Assembly: GCF_001481685.1 (NCBI RefSeq)
Contig: NZ_CP006867.1
Location: 180,001 to 212,000 of the forward strand
Direction of reading: 5' to 3'
DNA: 32,000 nucleotides
DNA from: Ignicoccus islandicus DSM 13165
Lineage (GTDB): Archaea; Thermoproteota; Thermoprotei_A; Sulfolobales; Ignicoccaceae
In this document: piece after piece, positions 9,392 through 16,681 of the stretch
Layout of the letters: each line of letters starts with the position of its first letter
Numbering within the stretch: position 1 is the stretch's first letter
Notes under the pieces: model-generated
Databases searched by the model: none
The model's input: only the letters and a program-made list of their open reading frames with translations
Told to the model about the DNA's origin: nothing
Position numbers and translations under genes: made by a program

Positions 9392-9762
9392 TTTTCTATT
9401 CTATCTTGGATCTCTACATGGTCTCTACTCTGGCCTCGTCTCCGTTTCTCCGTTTTCATAATATGACACTTTCTATTCCATGTTTGATCTGTACTAATAT
9501 GAAGAATAAGAGGGGCCACAAACTTGTTTAACCAATCTTTCTATTCCCTATTGGGATTCTACACAACTTGGGGACGGCGATACCTTTATATTCTATTATG
9601 ATATTTCTTTCTATTCCCTATTGGGATTCTACTCATTTCGAAATGGAAAAAGTAGTTTGGTCGAAAAACTTTCTATTCCCTATTGGGATTCTACCTATGT
9701 CATCCAGAGTGGGTTCGGCGGAGTACAAAGTACTGACTTTCTATTCCCTATTGGGATTCTAC
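9392..9762 (-). CRISPR. mini-CRISPR array: 4 exact 26-nt repeats (9537-9562, 9607-9632, 9669-9694, 9737-9762) plus 2 degenerate repeats (9392-9417, 9469-9494)
   Basis: Repeat CTTTCTATTCCCTATTGGGATTCTAC on +; on - it is GTAGAATCCCAATAGGGAATAGAAAG with an AT-GAAAG-like 3' handle. The three spacers between exact repeats are unique, 44, 36 and 42 nt. Degenerate repeats match 18/26 and 19/26. Decay at the left end fits transcription from the right on the - strand. Confidence 0.93.
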
Positions 9763-9772
9763 CGATGCCCTC

Positions 9773-9783
9773 CTATTTAAGCA
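9773..9783 (-). promoter_or_regulatory. candidate TATA element of the CRISPR array (read on - as CTTAAATAGGA)
   Basis: A/T-rich TATA-like sequence 10-20 nt upstream, on the - strand, of the first exact repeat on the presumed leader side. Confidence 0.35.
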
Positions 9784-10148
9784 ACCAATTCCTCACCTTT
9801 TAACCCTTTCCCTTAGCTCTCCTTTCCACAACCATACCTTTCCTCTCAGAACTTGAATTCAAGTAGTTGTCCAATATATGCATACATATGCTTGTATAAG
9901 GTAGGCTGGAGTAGAAATCCCCATGATCATCAGAGTTCCCATGATCGCTTATTAACCCATCTAAGCTCCTTCTCATTGTAAAGATCGATCTTGAAAGGAC
10001 CGTGTACTGATGGTATAACCTCTGGATTGGTAAATCTTGTTTGGTTTTGCAAATACAATGCTAATTGATTGGATTAAAGTGGAATTAACCATTAGGAAGG
10101 CTAGTAGAAACTGAAGGTGCTTAAGGAGACCATTGTTTCTGAATTCAA

Positions 10149-10268
10149 ATGGTTAAGGTTGAGGAAATAAGGGAATTTATTGTTAGTAAATGGAAAAACG
10201 AGTTTGGACAAGAGGTGGAGATGGGCATTCACCATCCCATGGTGAATAAATCTGGAATGGAAACTTAG
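10149..10268 (+). CDS. short ORF inside repeat copy A (39 aa): MVKVEEIREFIVSKWKNEFGQEVEMGIHHPMVNKSGMET
   Basis: Open frame shared with copy B. May be a remnant or a microprotein. Confidence 0.3.
   Translation: MVKVEEIREFIVSKWKNEFGQEVEMGIHHPMVNKSGMET
10227..10247 (+). repeat. hairpin ATTCACCAT-CCC-ATGGTGAAT in repeat copy A
   Basis: Perfect 9-bp stem with 3-nt loop; the same stem occurs in copy B with loop CGG/CCG. Confidence 0.8.
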
Positions 10269-10374
10269 CAACACTTAAGCAACATTCACTTTTATGAGAA
10301 GTAAAACTTGGGCGTGGAATTGGAAGTAAAATTATCTTCAGATAAGAGATTCTATCTTAAAAATATAATGTTAC

Positions 10375-10872
10375 CTAATTTAACTTCTCCCTAAGCGCTC
10401 TCCAAGTTTCGTTGAGGGCCTCCGGAAGCACCTTCGTGTGACCAATGGTTAACATGAAGTTGGCATCGCCCACCCATCTAGGAACTAGGTGTAAGTGAAC
10501 GTGTCCTGGAATCCCAGCTCCTGCTGCCCTGCCCACGTTCCAACCCACGTTAAAGCCATCCGGTGAGTAGAGCTCCCTCAAGGCTCTCATAACTCTCTTC
10601 GTTACTTGCATGGCTTCCAATAGTTCGTTATCACTCAATTCCTCTAAAGATGAAACGTGCCTGTAAGGAACGATCATGACGTGACCGGTATTATAAGGGA
10701 AGGCATTGAGCATTACGAAGTTGTATTGACCGCGATAAACTATCAAGGCCTCCTCGTCATCCATTTCTTGGACCTTACAGAATAGACAGCCCTTCGGTTT
10801 CTCCTCCTTAACTACGCTCTTTATATATTCCATTCTCCACGGAGTCCATAAGACGTCGAACGGTCTCTCCAC
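10375..10872 (-). CDS. HIT family protein (histidine-triad hydrolase)
   Basis: CLFCKV zinc site, LNAFPYNTGHVMIVPYRH, and histidine triad GHVHLHLVPRW. Confidence 0.92.
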   Translation of the reverse strand: MERPFDVLWTPWRMEYIKSVVKEEKPKGCLFCKVQEMDDEEALIVYRGQYNFVMLNAFPYNTGHVMIVPYRHVSSLEELSDNELLEAMQVTKRVMRALRELYSPDGFNVGWNVGRAAGAGIPGHVHLHLVPRWVGDANFMLTIGHTKVLPEALNETWRALREKLN

Positions 10873-10961
10873 GTAGCGCTCACCGTTTAGCCGTCGAAAG
10901 TACCGTAATTACGCTATTGTTTATAGTCCATTTCATTGTAGCAAAAGGGGTGTCGAAACGA

Positions 10962-12554
10962 ATGACCGCTGTAGTGAGAAGGGAGCAATACAGGGGAATG
11001 GGGGCAGCGGAGTTCTTCTACCGAAACAAAGAGATAGCGGGATTCGGCAACCCTGTCAGAGCCATTTATCAGACCATAAGGGAGCTCGTGGAGAACTCGC
11101 TGGACGCAACGGAAGTACACGGCATACTTCCGAGAATAACGATCCAAGTAGAGGAAGTGGATAAAGAGAAGGGCGTGTATAGAGTTATAGTGGACGATAA
11201 CGGAATAGGAATTCCACCCGATAAGGCCCCATATGCTTTCGGAAGGGTACTTTACAGTTCCAAGTACGTTGCCAGACAGACCAGGGGAATGTACGGGTTA
11301 GGCGTAAAGATGGCCGTACTCTATGGTCAAATGACCACGGGAAAGCCTACTGTAGTTATCACCTCTCCGATGGGGTATTCGAAGAGCTACAAGTTCAAGG
11401 TAAAGGTAGGCGTTAAAACTAACGAACCAGAGGTACTGGAGAGGAGCGAGGCCTTCAAGAGCGCTAAGTGGCACGGCACCCGAGTAATAATAGAATTAGA
11501 GGCCGATTGGAGGAGAGCTCGTAACAAGGTCCTAGAATACGTTAAGAGGACGGCAATAGTGTCGCCTTACGCAGACATAACGCTAGTGACGCCGGAAGGT
11601 CTCTTAATAAGGTATCCGAGAACTACGACCAAGCTCCCACGCCCACCCAAGGAGGTCAAGCCCCATCCGAAGGGCGTTGACGTGGAAATGATGAAACAAC
11701 TAATAGATAAGACAACCGCTAAGAGCCTAGTTCAGTTCCTAGTAAGCGAGTTCCAGAGCATAGGCCCCAAGACGGCTCAAACCCTCGTAAGCATGGCTCA
11801 CCTAGACCCCTCCATGAACCCGAAGGCGCTAACTGATTCCCAAATAAAGGCCCTAGTTGACGCCTTCAGGGAATACCCGAGGTTCAAGCCGCCTAGTGCG
11901 GAGGCCCTTTCACCAATTGGAGAAGAGTTAATTAAGATAGGTTTGAGAAGCGTACTGAAGCCCGAGTTCGTGGAAGCCGTTACTAGAAGGCCCTCGGCCT
12001 ACGAAGGGCACCCCTTCATTGTCGAAGTGGGTATCGCTTACGGAGGAGAAATACCACCGAGCGATGCGCCGATACTCTATAGGTATGCCAACAAAATACC
12101 TCTATTATATGACGAGAAGAGCGACGTAGCTTGGAAGGTAGTTGGTGAAAGCATAGACTGGAGCAACTACAAGGTAACCTTCCCAGCGCCCTTAGTAGTT
12201 CTGACTCACATAGCTAGCACGAAGATACCTTACAAGGGCGTAGGTAAGGAGAGCGTGGCCGATATACCGGAAATTGAGAAAGAACTGAAGCTCGCCGTCC
12301 AAGAGGTAGCTAGGAAATTGAAGGCGTACCTCACGAAGAAGGAGAAGGAAGAGGAGGTTCAGAAGAGGGTAGTAACCCTCATGAAGTACGTTCCAGAAGT
12401 ATCTAGGAGCTTATCGATATTGAGTATAGATCCAAAGAGGAGGAAACCGAAGGTGGAGGAAAAGGTTATCGAGGAGAAGCTGAAGGAAGTAATAGCGAAG
12501 AAACTTGGCTTGAGGAAGGAGGAACTGCCGGAGGTAGTGGTGGAAATAGAGTAA
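10962..12554 (+). CDS. top6B: type II DNA topoisomerase VI subunit B
   Basis: GHKL motifs ELVENSLDA, VDDNGIGIPP, GMYGLGVKMAVLY, and transducer/C-terminal regions. ORF track start 10917; ATG 10962 (MTAVVRREQY) preferred. Confidence 0.95.
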   Translation: MTAVVRREQYRGMGAAEFFYRNKEIAGFGNPVRAIYQTIRELVENSLDATEVHGILPRITIQVEEVDKEKGVYRVIVDDNGIGIPPDKAPYAFGRVLYSSKYVARQTRGMYGLGVKMAVLYGQMTTGKPTVVITSPMGYSKSYKFKVKVGVKTNEPEVLERSEAFKSAKWHGTRVIIELEADWRRARNKVLEYVKRTAIVSPYADITLVTPEGLLIRYPRTTTKLPRPPKEVKPHPKGVDVEMMKQLIDKTTAKSLVQFLVSEFQSIGPKTAQTLVSMAHLDPSMNPKALTDSQIKALVDAFREYPRFKPPSAEALSPIGEELIKIGLRSVLKPEFVEAVTRRPSAYEGHPFIVEVGIAYGGEIPPSDAPILYRYANKIPLLYDEKSDVAWKVVGESIDWSNYKVTFPAPLVVLTHIASTKIPYKGVGKESVADIPEIEKELKLAVQEVARKLKAYLTKKEKEEEVQKRVVTLMKYVPEVSRSLSILSIDPKRRKPKVEEKVIEEKLKEVIAKKLGLRKEELPEVVVEIE

Positions 12555-14000
12555 TTAGAGACCGTATTCATTCCACCTTCTCGCAACGATTTCCCTTATC
12601 CTAGGGTCTCCCTCAACTTCCTCGGGCCACTCGTAGCCGCATTCCTCCTTCCACTTCCTGGTGGCATCTATGCCCATTTTCGAACCTACTGGCGGAGTTG
12701 GGGTTGTGTGATCTAAAACGTCCACCACGTCGCCTTCAGTTAGGAGAACGTCTCTCTTGGGATCGACCGTGGAGGCCAAGGCGTAAGCCACTTGCCCCCA
12801 GTCGTGAACGTTGACGTCCTCGTCCACCACTATTACGACCTTAGTGAAGGCCATTTGACCCAAACCCCAGAGGGCGTGTATGACTTTCTTAGCGTGACCG
12901 GGATACTTTTTCTTTATCGAAACTATTGCTATGCCGTGAAACAGCCCTTCGGGAGGCAAGTTTACGTCTACCACCTCTGGCAATAGGAACTTAATGAAGG
13001 GCAGGAAGATCCTTTCCGTTGCCTTCCCTATGTAAGCGTCTTCAGTTAAGGGCTTCCCTACCACAGTGCCGTAGTAAATTGGGTCCCTCCTGGTGATCAT
13101 TCTTTCTAAGTGGAAAACTGGGTATAGGTCCCTCGGAGTATAGTAGCCCGTGTGATCACCGAACGGTCCCTCCCAAGCAACTTCATTGGGATTAACGTGA
13201 CCTATAAGTAAGGCTTCAGCGTTGGTCGGCGCTAGGAGGCCGTTAACTTCTATAACTTGAACCGGAGACCCCTTGAGCACTCCAGCGAACAAATATTTGT
13301 CTATTCCCTCAGGCACAGGTAAGGCTCCCGTAAGCAAAGTGACCGGATCGCCGCCTATCGCTATTACCACGGGCATCTCCTCGCCTCTTTCCTTATACTT
13401 GAAGTAGTGTTGAGCTCCCCTCTTGTGTATCTGCCAATGTATAACTGCTCTTCGTGGAGAATAGAGCATTATTCTATATACCCCGAAGTTATGTATCCCG
13501 GTATCAGGGTCCTTAGTGATAGTCAAGGCATAGGTTAAGTACCTCGAGGCGTCCTTGGGCCACGTCTTGAAGGCTGGAATCGAAAGGAGATCTGGCTCCC
13601 TCTCGATTTGCTCCACTGGACCTTTTCTCACCTTCTTAGGCAAGTACTTTCCAATTCCTATTACGTCCCCAAGCATCTTTATTTTATCAACGAGGCCCTC
13701 GGGTCTGCCCTTAAAGGGAGCTAGGAACCTCTCACCCAGTCCTTCCAGATCGCTAGTTCCGAGGGCCTTCTCTACCAACTTCATTGAACCGAACAAGTTC
13801 ACTAACGCCTTCCAGTCCTCGAAGCCTTTCAAGTTCTCAAACAATACAGCTTTATCGTATTTCCTAGCGTACAATTCCCTTAGAATTTCCGGTATTTCCT
13901 TAATTGGATCAACTGGAATCGAAACCTTCCTAAGCAAGCCCTCCCTCTCGAGCAGTTCCAAATGGGACCTCAAGTCTTCGCTCATAGCAATGCTCCTCAT
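12555..14000 (-). CDS. UbiD family (prenyl-FMN dependent) decarboxylase
   Basis: NFGVYRIM, IHWQIHKRGAQHYF, PVVIAIGGDPV, PNEVAWEGPFGDHTGYYTP, HVKKVIHALWGLGQMAFTKVVIVVDEDVNVHD. ATG 13985 is an alternative start. Confidence 0.92.
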   Translation of the reverse strand: MRSIAMSEDLRSHLELLEREGLLRKVSIPVDPIKEIPEILRELYARKYDKAVLFENLKGFEDWKALVNLFGSMKLVEKALGTSDLEGLGERFLAPFKGRPEGLVDKIKMLGDVIGIGKYLPKKVRKGPVEQIEREPDLLSIPAFKTWPKDASRYLTYALTITKDPDTGIHNFGVYRIMLYSPRRAVIHWQIHKRGAQHYFKYKERGEEMPVVIAIGGDPVTLLTGALPVPEGIDKYLFAGVLKGSPVQVIEVNGLLAPTNAEALLIGHVNPNEVAWEGPFGDHTGYYTPRDLYPVFHLERMITRRDPIYYGTVVGKPLTEDAYIGKATERIFLPFIKFLLPEVVDVNLPPEGLFHGIAIVSIKKKYPGHAKKVIHALWGLGQMAFTKVVIVVDEDVNVHDWGQVAYALASTVDPKRDVLLTEGDVVDVLDHTTPTPPVGSKMGIDATRKWKEECGYEWPEEVEGDPRIREIVARRWNEYGL

Positions 14001-15040
14001 AAGTATCTTATCACATTAAAGAAGGTATCCCTCTGTGCGGGTACCCTTCCGGAAGTCCTAGCGTAATGAGCGAGCTCATCTAAGCTCGCGTACGAGTCGT
14101 GGGGCGAAGCGGAGTTGAATATCTTCTCGCTAAAGGCAGTTCCAACTAAGTCGGATCCGCCGAAAGCTAAGAGCGCTGAAGCGTACTTCTTCCCGTACGC
14201 CACCCAATAAACGGAGATGTTGTCTATGAAACCGTGGAGGAGAATTCGAGATATTGCTATTACCTTTGCGTCGTAAATAGCGGAGACCTCGTCCCTTACT
14301 AAGCCTTCCTCGTAGAGCTTAGTGTTCCAAGGCTTGAACTTCAACGGAATGAAAGTTAGGAACCCCCCAGTCCTTTCTTGCAACCTCCTTACCTTCAATA
14401 TGTGCTCCACTATGTGCCTCGGTTTCTCTACGTGGCCGTACAACATAGTGGCGTTGGTCCTTATACCAAGCTCGTGAGCCGTTTCAATTACTCTAAGCCA
14501 TTCGCTCGCCCTCTTGGCTGGGGCAATTACTTTCAAGACTTCGTCGTTCAGTATTTCCGCTCCTCCTCCCGGCATTGCGTCGAGGCCCGCCTCTCTCAGT
14601 CGTTCGAGGACTTCCTTCACCGAGCTCCTGTTTACTTTAGCTATATAGGAAATCTCGGTCGCAGTGAGGGCCTTAATGGTTAGTTTCCTCCACCTCCTCT
14701 TTATTTCCCTAAAGAGCTCTTCGAAGTACTCTATAGTTAGCTCTGGAACTAAGCCACCTACTATGTGTATTTCGGTCGCGCCTAGAGCGTAGGCCTCTGC
14801 GACCTCTCTCAGTATTCGTTCAATAGATAAGAAATACGCGTCACGCGAGTTCCTCTCTCTGTAAAAGGCGCATAGGGGGCATCTAAAGGTACAGACGTTC
14901 GTGAAGTTAACGTTGTAATTCGCAACGAAGGTTACTACGTCTCCGACGCTTTTCCTCCTCCTCTCTTCAGCCATTCTCATTAAATCGTGGAGGTCGTAAT
15001 ACCACAACTCCTCCGCTTCGCTAACGCTGTCGAAGTCCAT
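13997..15040 (-). CDS. radical SAM protein of the MqnE/MqnC/CofH family, probably an aminofutalosine-synthase-like enzyme
   Basis: FTNVCTFRCPLCAFYR (CxxxCxxC), EIHIVGGLVPELTIEYFEELF, GLDAMPGGGAEIL, ATMLYGHVEKPRHIVEHI, FIPLKFKPWNT. Gene overlaps the UbiD gene start. Confidence 0.82.
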   Translation of the reverse strand: MDFDSVSEAEELWYYDLHDLMRMAEERRRKSVGDVVTFVANYNVNFTNVCTFRCPLCAFYRERNSRDAYFLSIERILREVAEAYALGATEIHIVGGLVPELTIEYFEELFREIKRRWRKLTIKALTATEISYIAKVNRSSVKEVLERLREAGLDAMPGGGAEILNDEVLKVIAPAKRASEWLRVIETAHELGIRTNATMLYGHVEKPRHIVEHILKVRRLQERTGGFLTFIPLKFKPWNTKLYEEGLVRDEVSAIYDAKVIAISRILLHGFIDNISVYWVAYGKKYASALLAFGGSDLVGTAFSEKIFNSASPHDSYASLDELAHYARTSGRVPAQRDTFFNVIRYL

Positions 15041-15077
15041 TAAGTCTGACCCTCGAATTTGAAGGTCGCGGGGAGAA

Positions 15078-16283
15078 TTAGAACGGTTTGTTAACTACCG
15101 AATCGCGGAACTCTTCGTCTAACTTAACTCTTCCAAACGAGACGTACTTAGGCGTTCCGTTAAAGCAGCTCTTTACCTTCATAAACTTGCTTAGGTAGTC
15201 TATCTTTTGAACCATTCCCAAGACCTCGTTCCCCTCCTCGTCGCCTAAGGCAACTAACAGCCCCTTCTCTTCGCCCTCCTCTATTACTATTACGTTACTC
15301 CCTCTGGGAACGAAATACTTAGAACCCTTCTTCACTACTGCTACCACTTTATTGCGCCAACTGAAGGCCAAAAGGGGCCTCGTACCAATTAACTCCTCTA
15401 CTTCGTCCCTTAGCTCGGGGCTCCAAGGACTGTTGAACGTAACCGAGTAAAGCGGGGGGACTTCGTTCAAGTTCAATTCGAGAGTTCCGCACTTTCCGAG
15501 GGCCTTAGCGTACTTAACCTTCCTTATGAACCTCCTGTCTTCCCTGTCCCTTGCTCTACCCGTGCTCGGTGGAAGGGAAATTACCTCCCAAGGTCCAGTC
15601 AACCACTTGGGAGCTTTCCCTAAGTATATCACTAACTTCGGCTTGACGGCTTGTAGAAGCGACCTCTTGTAGTGGGCTGCGTCCCATCCCTCGACCCATC
15701 CATCGGTATCCATTACGTAGTCTCCATTTACCAGAGAAGCGGTCGCAGCGATTACTCTGCTTTGCTCAACGGCCGGAGTTATGGTTCCGGTGAACTTAGT
15801 TACTGTGGGCTCTAAGTCTTGTAGCGTGAAAACGTAATCAGTAACTTCGGTTTTACAGACCATAGTAGGTGGACAGAAATTGCTTTGGCCAACGTCAGTA
15901 TTCACTATAGTAACCCTATCTGCCCCTTTGGAAATTAGTAGGTTCGTTATCGTAGCTACTAAGCTGCTCTTTCCGCTATCCGTAGGGCCTACTATTACAA
16001 CTCTGCTCAAGTCTCGCTTCGCTAAGGCCTCTTCCCATACCTTAGCTATGTTGAAGTCCACCACCCTAAGTTCGGAGGTAGCTGAGACGGACACGCTTAG
16101 CTTAAGGGGCGTTACGGCCCTTATGGCGTAAGTTCTCCAAGCTGGAACTATAACTATGTCCGCTGGACTCAGTTCCCGTCCCATTAACTTACCTTTCCCT
16201 TCCCTTACCCTTACTACGGCCGGTCCAGATATCTCCAAGAACTTGTCGTTAGGTACTTCGACGTTCCGTTCGCTTATGTCCAA
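15078..16283 (-). CDS. Clp1/Grc3-like polynucleotide 5'-kinase
   Basis: P-loop GPTDSGKSSL, NTDVGQSNFCPPT, DTDGWVEGWDAAHYK; N- and C-terminal beta domains. Confidence 0.87.
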   Translation of the reverse strand: MDISERNVEVPNDKFLEISGPAVVRVREGKGKLMGRELSPADIVIVPAWRTYAIRAVTPLKLSVSVSATSELRVVDFNIAKVWEEALAKRDLSRVVIVGPTDSGKSSLVATITNLLISKGADRVTIVNTDVGQSNFCPPTMVCKTEVTDYVFTLQDLEPTVTKFTGTITPAVEQSRVIAATASLVNGDYVMDTDGWVEGWDAAHYKRSLLQAVKPKLVIYLGKAPKWLTGPWEVISLPPSTGRARDREDRRFIRKVKYAKALGKCGTLELNLNEVPPLYSVTFNSPWSPELRDEVEELIGTRPLLAFSWRNKVVAVVKKGSKYFVPRGSNVIVIEEGEEKGLLVALGDEEGNEVLGMVQKIDYLSKFMKVKSCFNGTPKYVSFGRVKLDEEFRDSVVNKPF

Positions 16284-16342
16284 AGAAGTTTGCCCTATTG
16301 AGATCGAAGTAATTTAAGGTAATTAACGTTATACGCGGAATT

Positions 16343-16352
16343 GCTTTATTAA
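16343..16352 (+). promoter_or_regulatory. candidate TATA box for the eL43 gene (GCTTTATTAA)
   Basis: About 35-40 nt upstream of ATG 16387. Confidence 0.45.
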
Positions 16353-16386
16353 TTGGACCAACTTGAGTTAGCGACGGGATTGCGAA

Positions 16387-16650
16387 ATGGGAAGGAAGAA
16401 AGTGGTTGGCATTGCCGGTAGGTTCGGAGCTAGGTACGGTTCCACCTTAAGGAAGAGATGGAAGCAAATAATGGAAGCTAGGTACGCTCCACACACTTGC
16501 CCAATATGTGGAATGAAGGGCTACGTGGTTAGGGTGAGCGTAGGCTTATGGAAGTGTAAGAAGTGCGGAGCAGTGTTCGCTGGAGCTGCCTACGTGCCCG
16601 TGTCCGGCTTGAACAAGGCTTACCACATGAAGCCTGAGAGGAGAAGGTAA
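16387..16650 (+). CDS. rpl37ae: 50S ribosomal protein eL43 (L37Ae)
   Basis: CPICGMKGYVVRVSVGLWKCKKCGAVFAGAAYVP zinc-binding core and GRFGARYGSTLRKR. Confidence 0.97.
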   Translation: MGRKKVVGIAGRFGARYGSTLRKRWKQIMEARYAPHTCPICGMKGYVVRVSVGLWKCKKCGAVFAGAAYVPVSGLNKAYHMKPERRR

Positions 16651-16681
16651 ATTATTATTTAATTATTTAATCAATCTAAAG

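Larger units (their letters stand above)
9923..10270 (+). repeat. ~340-bp dispersed repeat, copy A, inverted relative to copy B at the window end
   Basis: Near-identical blocks with reverse complement of 31660-32000: ATGATCATCAGAGTT, CATGATCGCTTATTAACCC, CTTCTCATTGTAAAGATCGATCTTGAAAGGACC, GGTAGAAACTGAAGGTGCTTAAGGAGACCATTGTTTCTGAATTCAAATGGTTAAGGTTGAGGAAATAA (small differences), GAGGTGGAGATGGGCATTCACCAT. Confidence 0.95.

Noticed and set aside
9568-9803. ORFs reading through the CRISPR array (70 aa - and 60 aa +)
   Set aside because: Both simply translate the repeat (e.g. FPIGI); the region is a repeat-spacer array.
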